From positions 64,001 to 128,000 of the forward strand of contig JAXMNT010000017.1 of the NCBI GenBank assembly GCA_034670305.1: a stretch of 64,000 nucleotides of DNA. The letters run 5' to 3'. This document shows positions 38,021 through 47,798 of this stretch, piece by piece; the stretch's first letter is position 1, and the number at the start of each line of letters is the position of its first letter. The notes beneath the pieces are model-generated. The model saw nothing but the letters and a program-made list of their open reading frames with translations, did no database searches and was not told the DNA's origin. A program made the translations under genes and the position numbers. This stretch comes from Deltaproteobacteria bacterium. GTDB lineage: Bacteria; Myxococcota_A; Polyangia; Polyangiales; Houyiibacteriaceae.

Positions 38021-39325
38021 GTGCCTCTTCGACTGTGCGTGTGCTTGTCCCTGCTCCTCACCACACAGCTCGGCTGCGGCGGGGACGACGACCGACCCGA
38101 CCGCGACGGGGGGCTCGACGCGACCCTCGAGGATGCGCGCGGCACCCGGGATGTGATCCTCCCCGACGTCCCGTTCTTCGGGGACGCGGCGTGCGCGACC
38201 GCGACCTCTGCCGCCGAAGTGGGGCGCGCGCCGGTGGACATCATCTGGATGGTCGACAACTCGACCAGCATGGCGCCGGCCATCGAGAACGTGCAGAGCG
38301 GGCTGAACGCGTTCGCGACCCGCATCGCGGACAGCGGCCTCGACTACCGAGTCATCATGCTCTCACTGCAGGGGCGCACCGCGACCTCGCGGTTGCCGGT
38401 CTGCATTCCGTCCCCGCTCTCGGGCGACGAGGAGTGTGGCGACGGGGACCGGTTCTTTCACATCTCGATCGACGTGAAGTCGACCCAGCCGATCGAACAG
38501 TTCATCGGTTCGCTGGCTCAGTCGGAAGGGTTCAGCGCCGGCGACGAACGTGGGGGCGGGCCCTGGCGCATGCACCTGCGGGACGACTCGACCAAGACCA
38601 TCGTGTTCGTCACGGACGACAACGGCCGGACCTGCGAGCGTCCGTGCGGCGACATCCCGGCCGGGTCTCCCGGCTGTTCGGGCACGCGCCTCTGCCGCGA
38701 CGGAGATCCCCTCGTCACGGAGCTGGCGCTCGAGAACTTTCCGGGCGGCGGCAACCCGTTCAACATGACCTCGCTCGGGCCAGGCATCCTCGACGCGAGC
38801 TACGGCGGCCTCTTCGAGGGCTACACGTTCAACGCGATCTACGGGTGGGGCTCGGAGGTCGATCCCGAAGTCGTGTGCACGTTCCCCGGCGGCCGGGAGC
38901 CGCCCAACCCTGGCTGGACCTACACCACGCTGGTCGAGCGCACCGGTGGGGTGCGGGCGCAGATCTGCCAACAGGCGGAGTCTGCGGCCTGGGATGCGTT
39001 CTTCGGCGAGGTCGCGAGCACCGTGGAGTCCACCTCGAGGCTCTCCTGCACCATCGACATTCCCGCGCCGCCGGACGGCATGAGTTTCGACGCGACGAAG
39101 GTGAACGTGCTGCTGGATTCGGACGGCAGCGCGCGCCCGTTCTTCAAGGTCGGCTCGGGGTTGACCTGCGACGACGTGCCGAACGGCTGGCGCTACGACA
39201 ACGACGCGGCGCCGACCCAGGTCATCCTGTGCCCGACGGGGTGCGAGGAAGCCCAGGCCGCGCTCGAAGCCGCCGGCGAAGCGGCGATCCTGGTTCAGTT
39301 CGGCTGCGACACGCTGCTGATCTGA
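38021..39325 (+). CDS. vWA-like domain lipoprotein (myxobacterial)
   Basis: LGC lipobox; [13 protein letters not shown] (DxSxS MIDAS); VFVTDD; C-terminal C.....GWRYD...ILCP..C...FGC. Confidence 0.85.
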   Translation: MPLRLCVCLSLLLTTQLGCGGDDDRPDRDGGLDATLEDARGTRDVILPDVPFFGDAACATATSAAEVGRAPVDIIWMVDNSTSMAPAIENVQSGLNAFATRIADSGLDYRVIMLSLQGRTATSRLPVCIPSPLSGDEECGDGDRFFHISIDVKSTQPIEQFIGSLAQSEGFSAGDERGGGPWRMHLRDDSTKTIVFVTDDNGRTCERPCGDIPAGSPGCSGTRLCRDGDPLVTELALENFPGGGNPFNMTSLGPGILDASYGGLFEGYTFNAIYGWGSEVDPEVVCTFPGGREPPNPGWTYTTLVERTGGVRAQICQQAESAAWDAFFGEVASTVESTSRLSCTIDIPAPPDGMSFDATKVNVLLDSDGSARPFFKVGSGLTCDDVPNGWRYDNDAAPTQVILCPTGCEEAQAALEAAGEAAILVQFGCDTLLI

Positions 39326-39349
39326 AGCGGGCGGAACTCAGCCGCGGCG

Positions 39350-39565
39350 GCATTCCGACGGCGAATCCGATTCCCGACGGCGAATCCGGAGCCGCCGAAG
39401 TCGATTCAAGCCGAAGCCGACACTGAAGCCGACGCCGAAGCCGAAGCAGACGCCGAAGCCGAAGCAGACGCCGAAGCCGACGCCGAAGCAGACGCCGAAG
39501 CAGACGCCGAAGCAGAAGCCGATTCCGAAGCCGACGCCGAATGCCGATTCCGAATCCGAGGGCGA
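39350..39565 (+). repeat. Degenerate (G/T)CCGAN / GCAGAC hexamer array
   Basis: Direct reading; between convergent genes. Confidence 0.9.
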
Positions 39566-39573
39566 CGCTAGAC

Positions 39574-40338
39574 TCAGTCTGCGCGGAGGAGGCAGCCGCC
39601 AGCGTCGCAGCGGACCGACTCGGGGGGCGGCGGGCATGCGCAGACCGCGCCGCCGCACCCCAGGCGCACCCAGCGCTCCGCGATGCCGTCGAGTTCCGAC
39701 TGAGAGACGCCAGTGTTCACGCCGTAGTAGCAGCCGCCGAGCCCGACGCCGCAGTGGCCGCTCAGGATGTGGCACTCCGCCTCGCAGCGCATGGCGTCCC
39801 CGGTCGTAGCCGCCGTGTACGCCGCTTCGATGTCTTCGCAGGTCTCGGCCGGCGGGCCGCTGCACATGGCGACGCCGTCCTCCACGAAACAATCGCGGTC
39901 GCCGCACGGGGCGACGGTGAAACAGGATCCGTCGGCGGAACAGTTGGTCGCGGACGAACCCGAACACGAACCGCCGAACCCTTCGCAGGGACAACAGCCG
40001 CACGGCGCGTCGCAGGGCTCGCCGCAGCGGGGTGGGGCGCCGCATCCGATCACCGAACAGTCGATGCCCGTGTCTTCGCCCGAGTCGACACCGGTGTCTT
40101 CCGCGGTGCCGGTGTCTTCCACGGTGCCGGTGTCTTCCGCGGTGCCGGTGTCTTCCGCGGTGCCGGTGTCTTCCGCTGTGCCGGTGTCTTCCGCTGTGCC
40201 GGTGTCTTCCGCGGCACCGGTGTCGACGCGTGCGGCGTCATCCCCGCCCCCAGCGTCCACGGAGGCATCGTCGTCGCCTCCGCATCCCAGCGCGAGCACC
40301 ACCAACAACGAACCAAGCCCCACCATACGCAGCGTCAT
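39574..40338 (-). CDS. Cys-rich lipoprotein with (AEDTGT)n linker
   Basis: LALGC lipobox; 18-bp tandem repeats at about 40090-40225; many Cys. Confidence 0.82.
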   Translation of the reverse strand: MTLRMVGLGSLLVVLALGCGGDDDASVDAGGGDDAARVDTGAAEDTGTAEDTGTAEDTGTAEDTGTAEDTGTVEDTGTAEDTGVDSGEDTGIDCSVIGCGAPPRCGEPCDAPCGCCPCEGFGGSCSGSSATNCSADGSCFTVAPCGDRDCFVEDGVAMCSGPPAETCEDIEAAYTAATTGDAMRCEAECHILSGHCGVGLGGCYYGVNTGVSQSELDGIAERWVRLGCGGAVCACPPPPESVRCDAGGCLLRAD

Positions 40339-40486
40339 GTGGGCAGTATTGCTCGTCTCTCGCGGGCTGTCAGCGGGGCCGGACCGCTTCGGCTTCCGAA
40401 CACGGCTCCGGATCTGCTCGTCCGCTTTCGCTCCTGCCGGGCCAGAGCCTCCGTGCTGCCTGCCGAGAAAGTCGATTGCAGTCGCG

Positions 40487-43432
40487 TCAGTCGCAGAAGG
40501 TGCCCATGGGCCGGCAACCGAATTCGCAGCAGTGATCGGTGCCGGTACAGGTGTCCCCCGGCTGGTTGCAGGAACCGGTGCTGTTGCAGCGGGTGACGTT
40601 GCAGACGAGGAACATGTTGCAGATGGTGCCCGCCGGTTCGTAGCTGTTCGAAGGACACGAGGGCGAGGAGCCGCTGCAGGTCTCGGCCACATCGCACGAG
40701 CCGGCGTCGGCGCGACAGACGTGGCCGCTGGACTGGTATTGGTCCGAGGGACACGTCTTGCTCGAGCCGGTGCAGGTCTCTGCCACGTCGCAGGTCCCGG
40801 CCGCGGAGCGGCACACGGTGCTCCCGCTCGCCACACCGTCCGCGGGACAGTTCGGGCCGCTGCCATTGCAGCTCTCGGCCACGTCGCACACCCCGCTTGC
40901 CGCGCGGCATTGTCCGCTGGAGGCGAACGAGTCGCCGGGGCAGCTCGCGCTGCTTCCGGTGCAAGTCTCCGCCACGTCGCACACGCCCGCGGTGCTGCGG
41001 CAGACCGTCGATCCAGACGCAAACGAGTTGCCCGGGCAGCTGGCGCTGCTGCCGGTACAGGTCTCCGCCACGTCGCACACACCGGCGGAGGAACGGCAGA
41101 CGGTGGAGCCGGAGGCGAAGGAGTTGCCCGGACAGCTCCCGCTGCTGCCGGTACAGGTCTCTGCCACGTCGCAGGTGCCCGCCGAGGCGCGGCACACGGT
41201 GGAGCCCGATGCGAACGAGTTCGACGGACACGCAGCGCTGCTGCCAGTGCACGTCTCCGCGACGTCGCAGACGCCCGATGCGCTGCGGCAGACGGTCGAT
41301 CCCGACACGAAGGAGTCCCCCGGACAGCTCGCGCTGCTCCCGGTGCAGGTCTCTTGCACATCGCACGGTCCGGCGGATGGACGACAGATGGTGCTGCCCG
41401 AGGCGAACGAATCGCCAGGACATGCCGCGGTCGAGCCCGTGCAGGTTTCTTCCGCGTCGCACGCCCCCGCCGAGCCGCGGCAGACGGTGCTGCCGGAGCG
41501 GAACGCGTCGCCAGGGCAGGTCGCACTCGAACCGGTGCAGGTCTCTTGAATGTCGCAGGGTCCGGTCGCCGAGCGGCAGACGTTGGCGGGCGGCTCGAAG
41601 CCGTTCGCCGGGCAGGCGGTCGACGCGCCGTTGCACGTCTCCGCCACGTCGCAGACACCGCCCGACGCGCGACACTCGAAGCCGCTGGCGCGCACTTGAT
41701 CGGCCGGACAGCTCGGTCCGGTTCCGTCGCAGGTCTCGGCGACGTCGCATCCACCCGCACTGGCCCGGCAGGTGTTGCCGCTGGCGAACCCATCGGCCGG
41801 ACAGTTCGGACCCGAACCGCTGCAGGTCTCGGCTTCGTCGCACACGCCAGCGCTGGCGCGGCAGGTGAACCCAGGGTCGCGGAATCGATCGCGCACGCAG
41901 ACCGGGGCACCGCCTGAGCAGTCGATGATCCCGATCTCACAGAGGTTGCCGGTCTCGCAGGGATCACCGCATCCAAGGTCCAAGCACATGCCTCCGCCAT
42001 CGCAGACCCGCCCGCCCGAGCAGGTCACGCCCGCGGTGGTGAACGCGTCGTCGGGACACAGGTCGCTCGAGCCGTCGCACATCTCGGCGGTGTCGCACTC
42101 ACCCGCCGCCGCACGGCAGGTGGTGCCGCCGCTCATGCGGCTATCGGAGGGACACATGGCGCCAGCGCCAGAACAGGTCTCGGCCACGTCGCACGCGCCG
42201 CGGGACGCGCGGCATTCGGTGCTGGCCGCAACGAACGCGTCGGCTGGGCAAGCGGCGGTCGTTCCGTCGCAGGTCTCGACTTGGTCGCAGGCGCCTGCAG
42301 CGCCGCGGCAGGTCGTCCCCGCAGACTCGACTCCATCGGCTGGACAAACCGGCGAGTCGCCAGTGCAGGCTTCTTCGATGTCGCACGCGCCGGCGGAGGG
42401 CCGACAGGTCGTGCCTGGGTCCACGAACCCCGAGGCCACGCAGGTCGGCACGCCCCCGTCGCACGAGACCTCGCCGAGCTCGCAGACGTTGCCGGTCTCG
42501 CAGGCGACGCCCGGTTCGCATTCCCCACACACCGCGTCGATGCAGAAGCCCGAGGCGCACTCGGTGCCGGTCGGCACGAACCCATCTTCGGGACAGGCGA
42601 TGGAGGTGCCGTCGCAGACTTCTTCCACGTCGCACTCGGAGACCGATGCGCGACAGACCGTGTCCGCGTCGACCACGCCGGTGGCGACACACACTTCGCT
42701 GCCGGAGCTGCAGTCGGTGACCCCGGTCTCGCACGCGTTGCCGGTGTCGCACGGAAGCTCGTCCACGCATCCACCCGCATCGCCCATGCTTCCATCCGGC
42801 ATGCCGCCATCCGTGCCGGTCGGTCGCGTCGTGCAGCCGGTCTCGGGCTGGCAGAAATCGGTTGAATCGCAGCTGCCGGCGACCTCTTCCACCAGACACG
42901 CGCCGGCCAGGCAGACGGCTTCGGCACAGTCGGCCGTGGGGGCAGGGCAGTCGGTGGCGTCGGTGCAGTTGGTCTCGCCGCACGCATCCGGGTTCTCCGG
43001 GCTGCATTCGGGCTCGACGCACATGCCGTTGTGACACGCGGTGCGGCTGGCGTCGCCGGCGCCAGGACAGGTCACGGCGAGACAACTCCGGGTGAAGACG
43101 ATCGTCACGACGGTGTCGCCGTTGATCTCGATGGTCACCTCTCGTTCGCCGATGCGGCGTCCATCGCGATCGAACAAGCGCGCTCGGGCGGTTCGGCGGC
43201 TGGAGGTGAGGTTCTCGAACGCGGCCACCCGGACCCCACGGAGGTAGTCGCTGGCGGGGGAGACGGCGTGGGTCTGGGAGACATCGAAGTCGTCGCCCAA
43301 CAGTTCCACGGTCACCGAATCGAATTCGATCCCAGGCACGAGATCGGTTCGAAGATCCACCAGAAGCGAAGGATCGTCCCCCGAGCAAGCCACGAGGGCC
43401 GTCAGGAGTAGAAGTTTGGTCAGTCGAGTCAT
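40487..43432 (-). CDS. Large Cys-rich lipoprotein with 18 disintegrin-like repeats
   Basis: LVAC lipobox; repeats of CR.s.G.CDvaE.C.G....CP.(D/N). Confidence 0.88.
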   Translation of the reverse strand: MTRLTKLLLLTALVACSGDDPSLLVDLRTDLVPGIEFDSVTVELLGDDFDVSQTHAVSPASDYLRGVRVAAFENLTSSRRTARARLFDRDGRRIGEREVTIEINGDTVVTIVFTRSCLAVTCPGAGDASRTACHNGMCVEPECSPENPDACGETNCTDATDCPAPTADCAEAVCLAGACLVEEVAGSCDSTDFCQPETGCTTRPTGTDGGMPDGSMGDAGGCVDELPCDTGNACETGVTDCSSGSEVCVATGVVDADTVCRASVSECDVEEVCDGTSIACPEDGFVPTGTECASGFCIDAVCGECEPGVACETGNVCELGEVSCDGGVPTCVASGFVDPGTTCRPSAGACDIEEACTGDSPVCPADGVESAGTTCRGAAGACDQVETCDGTTAACPADAFVAASTECRASRGACDVAETCSGAGAMCPSDSRMSGGTTCRAAAGECDTAEMCDGSSDLCPDDAFTTAGVTCSGGRVCDGGGMCLDLGCGDPCETGNLCEIGIIDCSGGAPVCVRDRFRDPGFTCRASAGVCDEAETCSGSGPNCPADGFASGNTCRASAGGCDVAETCDGTGPSCPADQVRASGFECRASGGVCDVAETCNGASTACPANGFEPPANVCRSATGPCDIQETCTGSSATCPGDAFRSGSTVCRGSAGACDAEETCTGSTAACPGDSFASGSTICRPSAGPCDVQETCTGSSASCPGDSFVSGSTVCRSASGVCDVAETCTGSSAACPSNSFASGSTVCRASAGTCDVAETCTGSSGSCPGNSFASGSTVCRSSAGVCDVAETCTGSSASCPGNSFASGSTVCRSTAGVCDVAETCTGSSASCPGDSFASSGQCRAASGVCDVAESCNGSGPNCPADGVASGSTVCRSAAGTCDVAETCTGSSKTCPSDQYQSSGHVCRADAGSCDVAETCSGSSPSCPSNSYEPAGTICNMFLVCNVTRCNSTGSCNQPGDTCTGTDHCCEFGCRPMGTFCD

Positions 43433-43647
43433 GGATGGCTCACGACGAGGCCCCACCTCCTCGCTCCTAAGGTCTTTGGGCCAGTGTACCTCATTCGGGG
43501 GAGGGTACGGAGCGTCGCGGGTGGTCAGGCCCTTCAAAAGCTTGGAAGAAGTCGGGTTGGCGTGCGTTGACTCGCCGGTACGCCCATGCAACATCGCCCG
43601 CTCGACCGCCTTCTCCGGCCGATCCGGGGAGGCCAGGAGATAAGTAC

Positions 43648-44910
43648 GTGCCGAGCGACGAAGACACCCGCGAAGAAGACGAACGAGACGAGTCCGAAGA
43701 GGACGAGTTCGAAGAGAACGACGCGGACGACGAAGACTCGGACGACGAAGGCTCGGACGACGAAGACTCGGACGACGAAGGCTCGGACGACGAAGACTCG
43801 GACGACGAAGACTCGGACGACGAGGACTCGGACGACGAAGGCTCGGACGACGAGGGCTCGGACGACGAGGACTCGGACGACGAAGACTCGGACGACGAAG
43901 ACTCGGACGACGAAGACTCGGACGACGAGGACTCCGACGAGGATGCGGAGACCGCTCCGGCCAAGAAGACGCGTCGCAAGACCGGCCGCAAGAAGCGCAA
44001 GCCGAAGGTCACTGCCGGACAACGTCTCGCCGCGGCCAAGGCCGCGAAGGCCGCCAAGAAGGCCGCGCTCCGTGGACGCGACGCGGAACAGCTCGAGGAC
44101 AAGGCCACCCAGCGGGCCGAAGCCGCGGGCAGCTGGCTCGAAGATCACCGCGGTCAGCTGATGGGCCTGGTGCTCGCGGTGGTCGTCGGTGGTGGCATCT
44201 TCATGGGCTGGACCCATTACGCCAAGAGCCAGGACGCCGACGCCGCTGGGCTGCTCTGGCGGGCCACCGAGACGCTGGAAGCACCGATCGTACTCGAAGG
44301 CGAAGACCGCCCCGAGGGCGTCGAAGAGGACGACGAGGTCTACCCGACCATCGCCGCGCGGGCAGCCGCGACCCTGGAACCTCTGGACGCGCTTCTACGC
44401 GACCACAGCGGCTCCGGCGCAGCCATCTACGCCCAGCTCGAACGGGGGAGGGCGCTCTACCAACAGGGCGAGTTCGCCGACGCCCGCACGGCGTTCCAGG
44501 CGGCTCTGACCGGCAGCGCCGACGTGCGCGTGCATGCTCGGGCACTCGAGGGCATCGCGTTCACCCACGAGTCCGAAGAGGCGTGGGGCGAGGCGATCGC
44601 TCGGTTCGAGGAGCTGCGCGAGGCCGCCGAAGACACCGAGACCGAGATCCTCGCGGACTACCACATCGCCCGAATGCACATTGCTCAGGACGAAGAGGTG
44701 CCGGCGAAGGAGAAGCTCCAGGCCGTGCTCGCTGCGCTTCGTGAAGAAGACGCGCCCGAGATGCCGTACGTGCAAGACCAGGCCGAACTCCGGCTGATGG
44801 CCATCGACTCGAGTCTCGTGCAGCGGACGCCCGACGCGATGGACCCGGAGCAGATGCGCCGGCTCATCGAGCAGATGCAGCAGCAGCAGCAGCAGCAGGC
44901 ACCGCAGTAG
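43648..44910 (+). CDS. YfgM-like TPR membrane protein with acidic N-terminal repeat
   Basis: AGGAGA RBS plus GTG; (EDSDD)n, basic patch, single TM, TPRs; directly upstream of the bamB-like gene. Confidence 0.8.
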   Translation: MPSDEDTREEDERDESEEDEFEENDADDEDSDDEGSDDEDSDDEGSDDEDSDDEDSDDEDSDDEGSDDEGSDDEDSDDEDSDDEDSDDEDSDDEDSDEDAETAPAKKTRRKTGRKKRKPKVTAGQRLAAAKAAKAAKKAALRGRDAEQLEDKATQRAEAAGSWLEDHRGQLMGLVLAVVVGGGIFMGWTHYAKSQDADAAGLLWRATETLEAPIVLEGEDRPEGVEEDDEVYPTIAARAAATLEPLDALLRDHSGSGAAIYAQLERGRALYQQGEFADARTAFQAALTGSADVRVHARALEGIAFTHESEEAWGEAIARFEELREAAEDTETEILADYHIARMHIAQDEEVPAKEKLQAVLAALREEDAPEMPYVQDQAELRLMAIDSSLVQRTPDAMDPEQMRRLIEQMQQQQQQQAPQ

Positions 44911-46118
44911 TGCGGGCTGGGTCCGCAGTGTCCGCAGTGCGGACTTCCCGCAGTGTCGCGCTGCTGGGCACGCTGCTCTTCGGTACGATCTCCCTCGGCG
45001 GGTGTTCGGTCCACGGGCCCAACACCTACGGGTGGTTCGGCGACACGAACAACAGCACGCTCGCGGGCACTTCGGGGCTTCGCATCCGCTGGACCGAACA
45101 GCTGACGGAAGAACTCGACAGCTCGTATCAGCCGGTGGAACACGCCGCGGCCGCGCTGGATCCCCGCCGAGACCGGATCTACGTCGGGTCTTCGGGCGGC
45201 GACTTCTACGCGTTCGACTCGGGTGGGCAGCGCAAGTTCCACTACAACCCGCGCTCCGGCATCGAGGCGGCTCCGGCCATCGACCCGCAGTGGGGCGACA
45301 TCTACTTGGCGTCAGAAGACGGCGTCGTGCACGCACTTCGTTCTCGAACCGGCGAAGTGCGCTGGAAAGAGTCCGCCCCGGGTCCAGTGCGCCAGTCGCC
45401 CGTGCTGACCGAAGACGCGGTCTTCGCGATCACCGAGAGCGACGAAGTCGTCGCGTTCGCACGGGAAGACGGCGAGATCCTCTGGACCCACCGCCGCGAC
45501 GTGGATGTGGAACTGGCGATCGTCGGCCACAGTGGTCTGACCCTGCACGAAGGCGTGCTCTACGCCGGGTTCACCGACGGCATGGTCGCGGCCTTGCGGG
45601 TCGCCGATGGCGGCGTCGTCTGGGAGCGGCCGACCCAGCTGGACATCGAAGAGAACAACGACGCGCACACCTTCTACGACGCCGACGCCACGCCGGTCGT
45701 GGTGGATGACATCGTGTACTGCGCGTCGTTCGCGGCGGGCGTCTACGCGCTCGACCGCAGCAACGGCACCGTGCTCTGGCGCGAGCCGATCAAGGGCGTC
45801 AACGGGTTGACCACGGCAGGGCGGTTCTTGGTCCTGGCGAGCGCCGACGAAGGTGTGATCACGCTGGATCGCAACACGCGGGAGCGGCTCTGGGGCCGGC
45901 CACTGACCCGCGGCGCGCCTGGACAACCGGTCATCACCGGCAACGGCACCGTCCTGGTCGCGGAGAGCACCGGCTCCTTGCTGGCGCTCGACCTGCGCTC
46001 GGGCCGAGAACTGAGCCGGATCGACAGCGGCCACGGCTTCGCAGCGGCACCGGCCGTGGCAGGCGAGCTCGGTTGGATCCTGTCCAACGGCGGCACGCTC
46101 ATGGCGTTCCACCTCTAG
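44910..46118 (+). CDS. bamB: BamB-like PQQ-type beta-propeller lipoprotein
   Basis: LGGC lipobox; repeated (V/L).A(L/F)....G...W blades; yfgM-bamB synteny. Confidence 0.75.
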   Translation: MRAGSAVSAVRTSRSVALLGTLLFGTISLGGCSVHGPNTYGWFGDTNNSTLAGTSGLRIRWTEQLTEELDSSYQPVEHAAAALDPRRDRIYVGSSGGDFYAFDSGGQRKFHYNPRSGIEAAPAIDPQWGDIYLASEDGVVHALRSRTGEVRWKESAPGPVRQSPVLTEDAVFAITESDEVVAFAREDGEILWTHRRDVDVELAIVGHSGLTLHEGVLYAGFTDGMVAALRVADGGVVWERPTQLDIEENNDAHTFYDADATPVVVDDIVYCASFAAGVYALDRSNGTVLWREPIKGVNGLTTAGRFLVLASADEGVITLDRNTRERLWGRPLTRGAPGQPVITGNGTVLVAESTGSLLALDLRSGRELSRIDSGHGFAAAPAVAGELGWILSNGGTLMAFHL

Positions 46119-46233
46119 GCAACTCCGCTGCGCGGACTCGGATGCGAGCCCGGCGGGCTTCCTAGGCTCCGCTGCACGGAATGGCGCGGCATCGGCACCA
46201 GTGGTCAGGGGCTGGATGTCTTTTCTGGCCATG

Positions 46234-46261
46234 AGTTTACATAATCTACATTATGCGAAGT
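46234..46261 (-). other. dif: dif-like XerC/XerD recombination site (chromosome dimer resolution)
   Basis: Minus strand ACTTCGCATAA-TGTAGA-TTATGTAAACT versus E. coli GGTGCGCATAA-TGTATA-TTATGTTAAAT; AT-rich island; KOPS converge here. Confidence 0.88.
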
Positions 46262-46307
46262 TGGGTTCGTGGTTTGGGCCGAAGTTTGTTCGTGGTACGA
46301 CCCTCTG

Positions 46308-46454
46308 ATGCCAAGTCACGACGAACTCGTCGGGATCGCGGTAGATGCAGCCGCGGACCTAGACCCGGTCGTCGTCGCATCGGCGTTTGCCGCCAGCCTG
46401 ACGAGTCGCCGGTTGGACTGGCGGTCCGCGTTCGGATCCTACGCCGCGGCGTGA
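46308..46454 (+). pseudogene. Gene fragment next to dif
   Basis: SHDELV..A.DAA..LD...VA.AF.ASLTSRRLDWRSAFGSYA reads like an internal piece of a longer protein and stops abruptly. Confidence 0.45.
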
Positions 46455-46532
46455 ACGAGGAACGCATCCGTTTCTGGTTTGGCGATCTGGTCGGTTGACG
46501 CGGCAGACGTCTGACCCAGCAGACGTCAAGAG

Positions 46533-46901
46533 TAGCAGCTGCTGAAGAACGCCCGCAGGGCGTTCTCGCAGCCTGCCCCTTGCCCCTGCCCTTGCCTTTG
46601 CCCTTGCCCGCGGATCAGCGGTCAGATCGCTTGATCAGCGCGACGAGCATCGCGACAACCTACAGACGCAAGACACTGTTCGCCGCCTACCTGGCCGACG
46701 CCGCATACAACCTCCTACGCGTCGCGCGGCTGCGCCGCGTAGCACCGATGCCCGGCGGCTTCGTCCGCTCGGGGCATCGGGCTCCGATTCGCGGCCTCGC
46801 CGTCGCGAAACACACGGCGTCCACGACGCGGGCAAGGGCACGGGCAAGGGCACGGGCAAGGGCAACGGCAAGGGAGCAGGTCGCTTTTCAGCGACCTGCT
46901 A
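46533..46901. mobile_element. Degenerate IS/MITE-like remnant
   Basis: Imperfect terminal IRs TAGCAGCTGCTGAAGAA / (rc) TAGCAGGTCGCTGAAAAG; internal AAYNLLRVARL resembles an IS5/IS1182-type transposase C-terminus; left ~100 bp repeated at 56524. Confidence 0.55.
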
Positions 46902-47516
46902 CGGGCCGAAGCCTGGCGGTGGCGGCATGGTGTTCGGGTTCTGGGGCGGTGTCGCGCCTGGCTGTTGGGGCTGACCGTTCGGGTTCACCGCGCCTTCGAG
47001 GAACCCTTCTCCGAAGTTCCGGGTCGCTTCACCCAGCGCGCGGCCGGCTTCGCGGACCTGGTTGGAGTCACCCGCTGGGTTGGTCGGCGTGCCCGTCATG
47101 GCGCTGGAGCCGCCTGTAAAGGCGGAGCCGAGGCCCTGGACGAGGTCGCCCAGCGCGGCGGCGGCTTCGCCCATGGCGGCACGGAGCTGTTCGCCCACTT
47201 CGCACGCCGGAACGGGCCCCACGAGCGGCTGGGTGCCGGTGCCGGCGCTCACGTAGAGCGTGGGCGGCGATCCGCCACCGATCGCGCAGGCGTCGTCGTG
47301 AAGGACGAGTTCCTGGTCGAGTTTCGCTTGAACGGCCACACCGCCGGCCGGATCGATCGCGACCGCGGAGACCTCACCGACCCGCAATCCGTTGATCTCT
47401 ACGGGAGATCCGACGCCCAGGCCGGCACCGTTGTCGAGGTGAACATCGACCTGGTGGCCACCGCACGCCATCGACATGCTGAGGCAGACCAGGAGAACCC
47501 AAAATTTGGCGCGCAC
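46899..47516 (-). CDS. MlaD/MCE-domain lipoprotein
   Basis: SMAC lipobox; GAGL.VGSPV.INGLRVGEV. Confidence 0.8.
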   Translation of the reverse strand: MRAKFWVLLVCLSMSMACGGHQVDVHLDNGAGLGVGSPVEINGLRVGEVSAVAIDPAGGVAVQAKLDQELVLHDDACAIGGGSPPTLYVSAGTGTQPLVGPVPACEVGEQLRAAMGEAAAALGDLVQGLGSAFTGGSSAMTGTPTNPAGDSNQVREAGRALGEATRNFGEGFLEGAVNPNGQPQQPGATPPQNPNTMPPPPGFGP

Positions 47517-47603
47517 GGCTGTCACGGTGTGTCCTACGTGCGCAGTCCGCAACACATTCCGGCCCAATCCGCCGATGACACCACTTCGCTCGCGCGTCGG
47601 CTG

Positions 47604-47798
47604 CTACTCCGCGAGCTGCGGCGGCGGCCCAAGCGAGTTCATCGGCTCCGGCTGTTGCCGCCGCATCGCCTCGCCGAGCACCCGGACGTCTTCGAGGTAC
47701 TGGTTGCCGAGCGTGACGGCGTAACCGGCGAGGATCGCGGCGATGAGCGCGACCGCAAGTGCGGAAGCTGCCAATGCACGGGCGAGACGGTCACTCAC
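47604..47798 (-). CDS. Small single-TM protein
   Basis: GTGA overlap with the upstream stop; hydrophobic N-terminus. Confidence 0.6.
   Translation of the reverse strand: MSDRLARALAASALAVALIAAILAGYAVTLGNQYLEDVRVLGEAMRRQQPEPMNSLGPPPQLAE

Noticed and set aside
46234-46261. Integron or dif-module cassette array
   Set aside because: Only one Xer-like site was found and there is no recombinase gene in the window.
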